55,469 nucleotides of DNA from an uncultured Alphaproteobacteria bacterium. GTDB lineage: Bacteria > Pseudomonadota > Alphaproteobacteria > HIMB59 > GCA-002718135. The stretch is from NCBI GenBank assembly GCA_902605135.1, contig CACLBK010000004.1, positions 1-55,469 of the forward strand, read 5' to 3'. Numbering within the stretch: the first letter of the stretch is position 1; the number at the start of each line of letters is the position of its first letter. This document shows, piece after piece, positions 40,751-50,487 of this stretch. The notes below the pieces were generated by a model. It made no database searches, was not told where the DNA came from, and saw nothing but the letters and a program-made list of their open reading frames with translations. Both the position numbers and the translations under genes were made by a program.

Positions 40751-41817
40751 TATTTTTTACTTAAAAATATCTTTATTCTTTTAATTAAGATATTCATAAT
40801 ATTTTTTGGTCCACAAGTAATTAAAATATAATTTTCTAATGGAGATTTGTAATTACCTTTAACATATATTTTATTTTTAAGTAAATAATTATATAATTTT
40901 GAAGCAGTTTCTTTTGTTTCAAGACCCACAAGTAAATAATTACCTTTTCTTCCATTAACTTTTAATCCAAGCTCAATTAATTTTTTCTTAGTATACTCTC
41001 TTCCTTCGATGACTTTATTAATATATTTTTCTACCTTTCTAAAATTTTCCATTAAATATATTGCTACTTCATCTGTAAAAAGATTACTTTCATAAGCTAA
41101 CCTTGTTTTAGACAGAAATTCTATATTTTTAGAGTCTGAAACTAAGAAGCCTAATCTAATAGATGGTACCCCAAATCCTTTAGAAAATGTTCTAAGTATA
41201 ATTAAGTTTTTGTGTTTTTTTACAAGAGGTAAAGAGGACTTTATACCAAAATGATAGTATGCTTCATCTATAACAATATATGCTCCATTTTTTTTTGCAT
41301 ATTCACACAATGATGATATTTCTTTTAATGTTAAATTATCTTCAATTGGTTGATTTGGGTTAGGAAGAAATAAAATTTTTGGTTTTCTTTTAAGAAATTT
41401 AAATAATTTTTTTCTATCTAATCTGAGAGATTTCGAATCATATTGAATAATTTCTAAATTGGTATCATAAATATTACTATATACTTCATACATTGCGTAC
41501 GAGGGGCCAATTAAACCAATTAAAGTTCCAGGCTTTGTTAATACTTCCCAAATTGTCTTAATAGCCCCATCTATTCCTGAGGTAACCAATAATTTTTCTT
41601 CATCTATATCAAAAAATTCTGATATTTTTTCATATATTTTTGAGTTGTCTGGATAAGAACCTAACTGATATTTTTTTAGCTTCGAGAATATTTTAATGTA
41701 TATGTTTTTTTCCCAGTCTTGAACTCTTTCATTTCTATTTAATCTTAATCCATTAATTAAGTCTCTGTTTTCAGGAATTCTTAATCTTTTGATTTTTGTT
41801 AATTTTTTTATATCCAT
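40750..41817 (-). CDS. HisC/CobD-like PLP-dependent class I/II aminotransferase
   Basis: LNRNE, NPNQP, IDEAY and RTFSKGFG..SIRLG (PLP Lys) motifs. Confidence 0.88.
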   Translation of the reverse strand: MDIKKLTKIKRLRIPENRDLINGLRLNRNERVQDWEKNIYIKIFSKLKKYQLGSYPDNSKIYEKISEFFDIDEEKLLVTSGIDGAIKTIWEVLTKPGTLIGLIGPSYAMYEVYSNIYDTNLEIIQYDSKSLRLDRKKLFKFLKRKPKILFLPNPNQPIEDNLTLKEISSLCEYAKKNGAYIVIDEAYYHFGIKSSLPLVKKHKNLIILRTFSKGFGVPSIRLGFLVSDSKNIEFLSKTRLAYESNLFTDEVAIYLMENFRKVEKYINKVIEGREYTKKKLIELGLKVNGRKGNYLLVGLETKETASKLYNYLLKNKIYVKGNYKSPLENYILITCGPKNIMNILIKRIKIFLSKK

Positions 41818-42226
41818 ATAAAGAAAGTAGCTTTTTAAATAAAAATTAGGTTTATTTCCAGTAGGAATTAATTATTTTACCTTATTGATGCTAATCTAAC
41901 AATTACCATGCAATAATGATAAATAATATAAATTTTAATAATATCTATGAAATATAATTCTTATGAAGAGTTGTTGTGCTATAAAAAGACATCTGAGAAA
42001 AATTATGTATAGCTTCATATTTCAGAAGTTTATAAATTACCTACTTTTCTAGCGTATATAATCTTAGCTTAAAAGACATTAAATTCGATTATTTTAATAT
42101 TTTAAACGATGATTTTGATATTTTGAAATTTTTTGGAGAGAAGAACCAGAATACATATTAGTAAGTTTTTGGATAGAGGCTTGTAAAATGGATGGTTTAT
42201 GAATCAATTTTATATAAGATAAAATT

Positions 42227-43057
42227 ATGAATGTTTTAGATTTCACAAAAACAATAGATGAAATTACGAAATTAAAAAAAGAAAAAGATTTTAAATTTTC
42301 AAAACTTGCAGATTTATTCAACCTTCCATCAGTAAATGGAATATGTGAACTTTATTTTAATAATTATCCATTTTACATGCTTAACATAGCAAATGATGAT
42401 GCTGTAGTACTTAAGTATTTATGGAGAAATTTTTATGAAGAACTTTCCTTAAATCTTTGGTATAAAATTACAAGAAAAGACGGGGTTTTTTTTGATATAG
42501 GTTCACACACAGGTATTTACTCCATAATTGGTAATTTAAACAACGCCAAAAATAAAATAGTTTCTGTAGAAGCATTTTTTTTAAATTATTCTAGATTATT
42601 AACAAACTTAAAAATAAATAAAATTAACACTAATAATTGCTTTTTAGCTGCAGCCTCTAATGAAAATGGGATTGCTAAATTTAAAGTAAAAACTCCACAA
42701 GGATACCATAGTTCAGGAGGAAAAATATCTGAGAATGGTAAATACAATGTATCTAAAATAAAAATCGATGATTTTAATTTAGACAGAGAAGTTAAGGGTA
42801 TTAAAATCGACACGGAAGGTCATGAATACCAAGTCATAGAAGGCTCAAAGAAAATTATCAATAAAGATAATCCTGATATTATATTTGAAATAAATGAACA
42901 ATCTTTTGACAAGTCTATAAATTTTTTAAAACAATATAAATACCATTTTTATTTTTTAGATGAGATTAATAAAAAATTTGAGAAAGTAGATAAATTTCAA
43001 AATAATTTACTAAGACCTGAGGGTTCAAATTGTGTTGCAACAGTAAATGAAATATAG
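42227..43057 (+). CDS. FkbM family methyltransferase
   Basis: FFDIGSHTGIYS, IKIDTEGHE and IIFE motifs. Confidence 0.88.
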   Translation: MNVLDFTKTIDEITKLKKEKDFKFSKLADLFNLPSVNGICELYFNNYPFYMLNIANDDAVVLKYLWRNFYEELSLNLWYKITRKDGVFFDIGSHTGIYSIIGNLNNAKNKIVSVEAFFLNYSRLLTNLKINKINTNNCFLAAASNENGIAKFKVKTPQGYHSSGGKISENGKYNVSKIKIDDFNLDREVKGIKIDTEGHEYQVIEGSKKIINKDNPDIIFEINEQSFDKSINFLKQYKYHFYFLDEINKKFEKVDKFQNNLLRPEGSNCVATVNEI

Positions 43058-43141
43058 ATCATATAAGTCTTGCGCTCGTTAATATTTTAATACTAAAAGC
43101 CTTAATTAAAAATCACTATCTTAATAATTTAATTTTGAATA

Positions 43142-43861
43142 CTAAACATATTCATAATACTTCTTTATCATTAGCTTATTTATCTTTCCCTTAAAATGAA
43201 TGATAAAAGGTCTTGTGTTGCCTTTTAGGTTTTGTGGAGGACATGCAAAGTCTTTTTCTTCGATAAAACCAAAAGTGAAGGTTTTTTTTTCAACCATTAG
43301 TCTTAAAATTTCTTGATCTCCAAACCATAATTTGTAAACATAATCGATGTTATTAAAATAATCTAGACATTTTTTCCAAAAAATTTGTTGTTTGCAAATA
43401 ACTAAGCATGCAATGTAGGGATAAACATCAGTATATTTTTTATTTTGATGATTTGAAAATTTTAATCCTCTAAAAACTAAAGGTATATTTGCTTCGTTAT
43501 TAAAAGTCCTTTTTAATAAAAATACATCTGCTTTATTTTCAATACTATCGATAGGAACTGTCTTCATTATTAACATATCAGGATCAAGATAAATAGATGT
43601 TCTATCTATTTTTAAGGTAGAGAAGGATTTTATTTTTCCATACATTAAAAAATTTGTATCAAATTTGACTCTATGAACAACGTCGACGCCATCAAAAGAT
43701 TTTGTAATTATGTCTGTACAGTGAATAATTTTAGATTGTGGATGATATTTTTTAATTGAATTAATAAAGTATATAACGTCTTCTCTTTCAATTGATTTAT
43801 GTTTGTTTGATAATTTATCATTTTTTGTATCTATATAAAAAAAAACAAAATTAAACGACAT
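43142..43861 (-). CDS. Putative GT-A fold glycosyltransferase-like protein
   Basis: YLDPDML (DxD), WFGDQ and IIHFKG motifs. Confidence 0.6.
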   Translation of the reverse strand: MSFNFVFFYIDTKNDKLSNKHKSIEREDVIYFINSIKKYHPQSKIIHCTDIITKSFDGVDVVHRVKFDTNFLMYGKIKSFSTLKIDRTSIYLDPDMLIMKTVPIDSIENKADVFLLKRTFNNEANIPLVFRGLKFSNHQNKKYTDVYPYIACLVICKQQIFWKKCLDYFNNIDYVYKLWFGDQEILRLMVEKKTFTFGFIEEKDFACPPQNLKGNTRPFIIHFKGKINKLMIKKYYEYV

Positions 43862-43988
43862 ATGATTATATAAAATAAAATTATCAAAATTAATTTTAAG
43901 ATAAATAAATGAAATTTGAAAAATTGAAAGTGAAGTCTAAAATAAATGTTTTATATATTAAGTATTTTAATAGTTTATAATAATAATA

Positions 43989-44753
43989 ATGGAAAAACCA
44001 ATAGTTATTTATACAGACCACATAATGAACAAAACATTATGTTATAATTTTGCTAAAGGTTCTGAGTCATTGTTATGTCATGCTAATAAGTTTATGGAAT
44101 ACGATAGAACGATAGCAACATATGGTGTTTTAAGAGGAACTCTTGAAATAATAAATAAAGTTAAAAACTACTACTACATAGACCACGGTTATTTTAATCA
44201 ATCAAAAAGATCTTTTGAAGATAATCGAACCAATGTGATTAATTTAGATGGTTATTTTAGAATTGTTTATAATAATTTTATCCACAACGGTACTGGCAAT
44301 TATCCTGATGATAGACTAAAAAAACTAAATCTTGATATATTAGATCAAAAAAAATCTGGAGATTTTATTATTATATCTGAACCATCTGTGGTTATGAAAA
44401 AAGTTTATAATGTCCCTCGATGGACAGAAGACACTATTAAATTGGTAAATAAATATACTGATAGAAAAGTAATTATACACAATAAGTTTTCTAAAGAGCC
44501 TTTGGATTTTTTACTTAAAAATGCATGGGCGTTTGTAAGCTTGCAATCTACAGCTGGTTTTAAAGCTATGCAAAAGGGTGTACCAGCATTTTTTACTGAT
44601 TATTTTTTAAAAAATATTGGTGAAATTAAGGATATTGAAAATCCAATAATAAATTATAATATTTTTAATAATTTAGCTTATGGTCAATGGACACTTAATG
44701 AAATTGAATCTGGAGAAGCCTGGGAGAATATAGTTAAATCATTTTTAAATTAA
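43989..44753 (+). CDS. Hypothetical protein resembling phage and capsule-synthesis-like proteins
   Basis: YYIDHGYF, S.QSTAG..A...GVP and LAYGQWTLNEI..GEAW motifs. Confidence 0.55.
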   Translation: MEKPIVIYTDHIMNKTLCYNFAKGSESLLCHANKFMEYDRTIATYGVLRGTLEIINKVKNYYYIDHGYFNQSKRSFEDNRTNVINLDGYFRIVYNNFIHNGTGNYPDDRLKKLNLDILDQKKSGDFIIISEPSVVMKKVYNVPRWTEDTIKLVNKYTDRKVIIHNKFSKEPLDFLLKNAWAFVSLQSTAGFKAMQKGVPAFFTDYFLKNIGEIKDIENPIINYNIFNNLAYGQWTLNEIESGEAWENIVKSFLN

Positions 44754-44766
44754 TATTTTTTTTAAC

Positions 44767-45369
44767 TCAAATACTAATTGTAATATTAAAACTTATGACT
44801 ATTCTCTCTTCATTAGATTTATTTTCGTTTACAGAATGATCAACATAACTTGGAAACAAAACTAAAGCTCCTTCTTTTGGGCTTATCCCATTAACCTGAG
44901 CATTAAGTAAATTTGAACTTCTAGCTTTAGGGTAAGAGTAAACGGGAGCAGGTCTTGGATCATAAAATACAATTTCACCACAATTTACTGGCGCTCTTAC
45001 ATAATAGGCACCACTTATAGTACTATTTCCATGCTGATGTCTTAAGTTTGTCGAACCTCCTTTATTTATAATTGCCCACATATTACTTATTTTTATCTTC
45101 TGCTTTTCTTTTTCCCAATTCATATCAGTCATGACTTGTTCTATAGATGGTGAAATAAAGCTAATAAAACTTTGAGGTTCATTTTGTTTAAGATTAAAAT
45201 CTTTTGAATGCCAACCTTTAACATTACTTTTATTAATTCCTTTTTGATCCTCAACCTGTTCAGCTTTTATAAATGAATACATTTCTTCATTAATTTTATT
45301 ATAATTATCTAAACTGAAGGTCCAAATGGGAGTTGGAAAAAGTAAATTTGGTTTATTCATATTATACAC
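44767..45369 (-). CDS. TIGR02466-family 2OG-Fe(II) oxygenase-like protein
   Basis: LFPTP, GWHS, HQH, SGAYYV, FYDPR, LFPSYVDHSV and RIVISFN motifs. Confidence 0.88.
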   Translation of the reverse strand: MYNMNKPNLLFPTPIWTFSLDNYNKINEEMYSFIKAEQVEDQKGINKSNVKGWHSKDFNLKQNEPQSFISFISPSIEQVMTDMNWEKEKQKIKISNMWAIINKGGSTNLRHQHGNSTISGAYYVRAPVNCGEIVFYDPRPAPVYSYPKARSSNLLNAQVNGISPKEGALVLFPSYVDHSVNENKSNEERIVISFNITISI

Positions 45370-45582
45370 CTATATTATATTATTAATTCAGTAAACATAT
45401 CTAGCAATATTTTAAAAATATAATATTTTTAAATTAATTTTTTAAATTAAAATATTTTTTAATAATATTTACAGTTTTTATAATTCTTATATGATGTTGC
45501 TTAAAATTTTTTCTACCAGAGGCAATTTTTGGATAATTTTCCAGTAGAATTTTCAAATAATTAGGAAGTTTAGTTTTATTTT

Positions 45583-46500
45583 TCAATGTTTAAATAGTCT
45601 ATTTTTAATAAAGTATAATGATATTTGATTTCTATTAGAAAAAGAAATTATTTTTTTATCATTAATTGATCCACTTGGTTGGGCTAATGCACTACACCCA
45701 CGTCTTTTTAACAAACGGATACTATCAGTAAATGGAAAAAAACCATCAGAGGCACAAACAAAATAATTATTTATAAAATATTTATTCATATTCTTTATAG
45801 CAACTTTTAGTGCATCAACTCTATTTGTATTTCCATGACCCAAACCAAGTGTTTGTTTATTCCTACTTAAAACAATTGCATTCGACTTTAAATGTTTCGC
45901 AACTTTTAATGAAAAAATTAAATCATTAACTAATTTTAACGAGACTTTTTTACCTGATTGTAGTTCAAGAAATTTTTTGTTTATTTTTTCTAAATCTACT
46001 GTTTGATAAAGATCACCAAAAAGGGTTGATCTATGTTCTATGATTTGTTTTCTTAATTTTGGTAACTTTAGAATAATTAAACTTTTCTTTTTTTTTAAAA
46101 TAGTTAATGCATTTTTATCGAAACTTGGAGCTACTATCATTTCAAAAAAATGTTCAGATATATATTTAGCTAATTTAAAGTTTACTTTTCTGTTTAATAA
46201 AACTATTCCTCCAAAAGCACTTATAGGATCACTTTTATATGATTTAAGAAAAGCAGATCTAATATTTTTATCTGATGCTACTCCACAGGGATTAGTATGT
46301 TTGATAATTATCGAGGTAGGATCCTGAAATTCAGCTAAACATTTTAAACCACTATCCAGATCAATTAAATTATTGTAACTAATTTCCTTGCCACTTATCT
46401 GATAGCTAAAAACAGATTTTTGAGAATTTTCAATCAGATATGCATTTTGATTAGGGTTTTCACCATACCTTAATTTCATTCTTATATCTTTATTTTTCAT
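45583..46500 (-). CDS. purH: PurH C-terminal half (AICAR transformylase domain)
   Basis: LRYGENPNQ, SYNN, KHTNPCG, SAFGG, KSNAI, SDGFFPF, QPSGS and R.FKH motifs. Confidence 0.88.
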   Translation of the reverse strand: MKNKDIRMKLRYGENPNQNAYLIENSQKSVFSYQISGKEISYNNLIDLDSGLKCLAEFQDPTSIIIKHTNPCGVASDKNIRSAFLKSYKSDPISAFGGIVLLNRKVNFKLAKYISEHFFEMIVAPSFDKNALTILKKKKSLIILKLPKLRKQIIEHRSTLFGDLYQTVDLEKINKKFLELQSGKKVSLKLVNDLIFSLKVAKHLKSNAIVLSRNKQTLGLGHGNTNRVDALKVAIKNMNKYFINNYFVCASDGFFPFTDSIRLLKRRGCSALAQPSGSINDKKIISFSNRNQISLYFIKNRLFKH

Positions 46501-47086
46501 TTAACCATTTTGAAATAGAATTGTCATATTTTGAAATTTCCTTATAACTTTTTTGGGCCATTTTTTTTCTAAATTCAATATCAGTGATGCCATTATTTTT
46601 ATTTAAATTTTTTATTAATTTTTTATAATCAGTCTGATCCATTATTGGGGTAATATATTTAAAATTTTTGCCAGCAGCTCTTAACAAACTTGGTCCACCA
46701 ATATCAATCATTTCTATAATATTATCATTATTTTTTTTTAAAGATTTTTCAAATGGGTATAAATTCACAACAACAATATCGATTACTGGCATTTTTAATG
46801 TCTTAAATTGTTTTAAATGTAATTTATTATCTCTAACGAAAAGTAATGAACTATAAATCAATGGATTTAGTGTTTTAACTCTCCCATCAAACATTTCCTT
46901 ATATTTTGTTAACCTAGAAATATCTTTACATGGAAAACCCATGCTTCTTATTTTCTTACCTGTTGAGCCACTTGATATAAAATTATAATTGAATTTATTC
47001 AAATTTTCACAAAGATACTTTAAATTCTTTTTGTCAAATACTGATATTAATGCATATTTTCTTTTTAGATTTTTTCTAACGACCAT
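46490..47086 (-). CDS. purH: PurH N-terminal half (IMP cyclohydrolase/MGS-like domain)
   Basis: ALISVFDK, GRVKTLNP, VNLYPF and IDIGGPSLLRAAGKN motifs. Confidence 0.88.
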   Translation of the reverse strand: MVVRKNLKRKYALISVFDKKNLKYLCENLNKFNYNFISSGSTGKKIRSMGFPCKDISRLTKYKEMFDGRVKTLNPLIYSSLLFVRDNKLHLKQFKTLKMPVIDIVVVNLYPFEKSLKKNNDNIIEMIDIGGPSLLRAAGKNFKYITPIMDQTDYKKLIKNLNKNNGITDIEFRKKMAQKSYKEISKYDNSISKWLNEK

Positions 47087-48597
47087 TTTTTTATAGTTTT
47101 TTTGTCTGATAATATACCCTTAATTACTATTTGTTTAGTAAGTTTGGTAATATTATTATCAACTAAAACACTATCCTCTATTATTAATTCTGCATCACAT
47201 TTAAATAACCAGATATTATTTAATTTAGTCTTCAAAATTATATTTCTTTTGTTATTTGTAAAATTAAGAACCATTTCATCTGCTAGGTGAAATCTAATAT
47301 GGTAGATTAATCTATTTTTGTTTTCTTTGAATGAAATAAAACTATCTTCACCTTTTATAATATTTGTTTTTTTACTTATTATTAATTTTCTTTTAATTAT
47401 TTTATTAAATTTTTTTAAATATCCATTATGTGAACCTTCTAATACCTCTTCTTCAGAGTTTATTTCTTTTCTAAAAGCCACTGACTGAGGAAAACGAATA
47501 TGAGGATTACCTTCTTTTATCTCGCTAATATTAGTGTTTTGTAAAACTATAGTTGAGTGAGCTGCACTATATTTTAAGTATTCTGGATTTTTACCAAAAC
47601 TTTCTGAAGCACCACAATTAGTAAATATTTTTTCATTAAAACCACTTAACTCGATGGACAGAGTTCCAGCACTTAAATTAGAACTTATTATATCCTTATT
47701 TGGTTGAACTATATCAAAAAAAATTTTTTTACTCTTATCAGAATAAAAAGCTATGCCATTGTCTACATTTATAAATTCTCTTTTTTTTAAATATCTTTCT
47801 TTATTAAGTAAATTGTAGATATTTTTTGTATAAATATTATTTGATCCATTAAATAATGGTATAGTTCCATCATAATGAAAGTATTCATTTAATATTGATG
47901 TCATTTTTAAAATAATTTCATCAAATACATAATTTTTTTTTGATTTAAAAAATAATAAAATATTTTTTGCTTCATTAAGATTATTTATAAATTTAGAATG
48001 TTCTAATATATTGTAGCTTTTGTGCATTCCCAATTTATCTATTTGTTTTTCAACAATAAATTTAATATAATTGATTTTATGTTCATTAATTTTTTTTGTT
48101 ATCAAACAAGACAATAAATATGCAATAAAATCAAATGAAGTTAATTGATTTATTTTTTTATTATTAAAATCAAATATAACTCTTTGAATGTGAAAAAAAA
48201 TAATTGCGTCTAACTTATTTTTATCATTTATTTTTGACGAAGAGTTTATGTATTCATAATTATACAAAAGGTTTATTAATCTTTTAGACTGTAAATCTTC
48301 TAACCAAGGAAAGCCTAGCTTATTTTTATATATTTGGTACCAACCAAATATAGCATCCTTAGATAATTTAATTCCAATTTTACCACCAAGCTTATTAGAA
48401 AAATTCAAAAAATCAAATGTATGAATATTTTTATTTTTGCTAATATAAAATTTTTTTTTAAAAATAAATAGTTTTACTTGTTTATAGTTTGTAAAATCAA
48501 TTTGTTTAAAATTAAGTTCTAAAAAAGATAAATTTTTTTTAGATTTTAATCTTGAAAGTATAAATACAAAAAATACTTTTTTAAATAGAGTAATCAT
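47065..48597 (-). CDS. Divergent heparinase II/III-family protein
   Basis: DG.IPLFNG, LSIE, NCG, AAHST, HNGY and IRFHL motifs; usual position between rsmB and purH. Confidence 0.75.
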   Translation of the reverse strand: MITLFKKVFFVFILSRLKSKKNLSFLELNFKQIDFTNYKQVKLFIFKKKFYISKNKNIHTFDFLNFSNKLGGKIGIKLSKDAIFGWYQIYKNKLGFPWLEDLQSKRLINLLYNYEYINSSSKINDKNKLDAIIFFHIQRVIFDFNNKKINQLTSFDFIAYLLSCLITKKINEHKINYIKFIVEKQIDKLGMHKSYNILEHSKFINNLNEAKNILLFFKSKKNYVFDEIILKMTSILNEYFHYDGTIPLFNGSNNIYTKNIYNLLNKERYLKKREFINVDNGIAFYSDKSKKIFFDIVQPNKDIISSNLSAGTLSIELSGFNEKIFTNCGASESFGKNPEYLKYSAAHSTIVLQNTNISEIKEGNPHIRFPQSVAFRKEINSEEEVLEGSHNGYLKKFNKIIKRKLIISKKTNIIKGEDSFISFKENKNRLIYHIRFHLADEMVLNFTNNKRNIILKTKLNNIWLFKCDAELIIEDSVLVDNNITKLTKQIVIKGILSDKKTIKKWSLEKI

Positions 48598-49862
48598 TTT
48601 ATTCTTTTCAGAAAACTAGCAAAAAAACCATCTATTTGATTTTCATGGATATTATCTGGTAAAGTTAACATAAAATTATCTTTTATTAGTTTTGAATATT
48701 TAATATTATTTTTTTTTAATTTATAATTATAAAGTAAAAAGTTTGAGTTTTTTTTCAGAAACTTATGAATTTGATCAATAGTTTCTACTTTTAGAAAGGA
48801 ACAGGTCATGTAAACTATATACCCATCTTTACTTACTAATCGTGAGGCTTTTTCAAGCATTTTTTCTTGTAAGTTAATGAGTTCAACAAAATCTGGTGGA
48901 TCTTTTTTGAAAAATATCTCAGGATTTTTTCTTATTGTGCCAATAGAAGAACAAGGGGAGTCAATTATAATTGTATCAAACATTTCTTTTTCATCAAATG
49001 TTGTGAAATCTTTATTTAATATTTTATTACTAAAATTTAATCTCTCTAAGTTAATTTTAAGAGTTCGAGATCTTTTTTGGCTTTTATCATTTAAAACAAC
49101 ATTTAAGTTTCTTGAAATTAGTTGAAAAGATTTTCCTCCAGGAGCAGCACAAGCATCTAAAATTTTTTGATTTTTATCTTCAAATTCAAAATTATCTAAA
49201 GGAAGAAAGGAGCTAAAATCTTGTACCCACCAATCACCATCTATAAATGATTTTTTATTTGTAATATCTTTTTTATCTACTAAAAAACCTGATAGTTCTG
49301 AAGTTTTTATCAAGCCGTCTTCAAAACTATTTAATTTTTCATTATTTTTAAAAACGATATGAATATCTGGCTCTTTATAAAAATTATTTAAAAATAATCT
49401 CTTTTCAAACAATGTTAATGTATCAGTCCTTTTTTGAAACCATGATGGTAATTCTTCATATTGAATGTTAATTTTTTTTAGTTCATTTTTATCTTTTGCA
49501 ATTTTTTTTAATGAAGCATTAATTAAACCTGGATACAATTTTAACTTTTTTGCTATTTCTACAGAGCAATTTATTACAGCATATTCTTTAAAATCTAAAA
49601 AAACAATTTGAGTTATTGCACTTATTAACAAAATTCTCTCATGATCTCTTATTTTTTTTTTTATAAATTTATTTATTATTTTTAATGTATGGAAATGTAA
49701 TCTCATCGAATTTAATAAAACATTAAATAAAAGAGAGAGATCTTCTTTTTTCTGTTTATCTAAAATTTTTTTAATAGATGAGTTTTTTAACGTTTTGTTA
49801 AATTTATAAATTGAAAATAAAATATTATGAATGTCAAATCTAATCTTTTCACCTTTAATCAT
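48594..49862 (-). CDS. rsmB: RsmB/NOP-family RNA m5C methyltransferase
   Basis: WWVQD, DACAAPGGK, DSPCSSIG, YMTCS and DGFF motifs. Confidence 0.88.
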   Translation of the reverse strand: MIKGEKIRFDIHNILFSIYKFNKTLKNSSIKKILDKQKKEDLSLLFNVLLNSMRLHFHTLKIINKFIKKKIRDHERILLISAITQIVFLDFKEYAVINCSVEIAKKLKLYPGLINASLKKIAKDKNELKKINIQYEELPSWFQKRTDTLTLFEKRLFLNNFYKEPDIHIVFKNNEKLNSFEDGLIKTSELSGFLVDKKDITNKKSFIDGDWWVQDFSSFLPLDNFEFEDKNQKILDACAAPGGKSFQLISRNLNVVLNDKSQKRSRTLKINLERLNFSNKILNKDFTTFDEKEMFDTIIIDSPCSSIGTIRKNPEIFFKKDPPDFVELINLQEKMLEKASRLVSKDGYIVYMTCSFLKVETIDQIHKFLKKNSNFLLYNYKLKKNNIKYSKLIKDNFMLTLPDNIHENQIDGFFASFLKRIK

Positions 49863-49932
49863 TATTCTAAATAGTCTATTATTTAATTAAATTAATAATA
49901 TAACAAATAATAAAAATAAAATATATTGAGTT

Positions 49933-50484
49933 ATGCGAGGTAATCTTGAAACAATTGTGGGGGCCATGTTTGCGGGTAAGACAAGTGAATTGTTGAAAAG
50001 AATACTTTGGGCTAAGCATCAAAATAAAAAAATTATTGTCATTAAACCTAGTATAGATAATAGATACTCAAATGAGAAAATTATAACACATAATGATTTA
50101 AGCCATGAATGTTATGCTATGAAAGATTGGCAAACAACACTAAAGAAATTTATATTCAATAAGAGTACAGTTGATATGGTTTTTTTAGATGAAATCCAAT
50201 TTATGGATACCCATGATACACTTAGCAATGTTGAAATTATTTTGAATAGTGGCATAGATGTTGTTTGTGCTGGACTTGATCAAGACTCAAGAGGAAAGCC
50301 ATGGGAAACATCTTCAATGCTTTTAGGATTATCAGATAAAATTGTAAAAATTTATGGTTTTTGTAATGTTTGTGGCATTGAAGCTACTAAAACTTATAGA
50401 AAAACAGAAGGCGGTGAGAGAACCCAGGTAGGGGCAGCAAATATTTATGAGCCTAGGTGCTTAAAGCATTGGGAACCAAGATAG
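49933..50484 (+). CDS. tdk: Thymidine kinase
   Basis: GAMFAGKTSEL, KP.IDNRY, DEIQF, AGLD, CNVC and YEPRCLKH (Zn site) motifs. Confidence 0.93.
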   Translation: MRGNLETIVGAMFAGKTSELLKRILWAKHQNKKIIVIKPSIDNRYSNEKIITHNDLSHECYAMKDWQTTLKKFIFNKSTVDMVFLDEIQFMDTHDTLSNVEIILNSGIDVVCAGLDQDSRGKPWETSSMLLGLSDKIVKIYGFCNVCGIEATKTYRKTEGGERTQVGAANIYEPRCLKHWEPR

Positions 50485-50487
50485 ATT

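Larger units (their letters stand above)
35525..45500. mobile_element. tRNA-anchored variable genomic island (surface-modification cargo); boundaries approximate, no integrase seen
   Basis: Starts at the tRNA-Gly 3' end; contains a pseudo-tRNA, long AT-rich spacers, mixed gene orientations and ORFans; core synteny resumes at purH. Confidence 0.6.

Noticed and set aside
41818-42321. Long spacer with a 21-codon ORF (MKYNSYEELL...) and the 75-aa ORF 42094-42321
   Set aside because: No recognisable motifs, RNA structure or repeats; possibly gene debris but not supportable.
35525-45582. CRISPR array, riboswitch or anti-phage defence system in the island
   Set aside because: No regularly spaced repeats, known aptamer cores, or nuclease/ATPase defence motifs were visible by eye.
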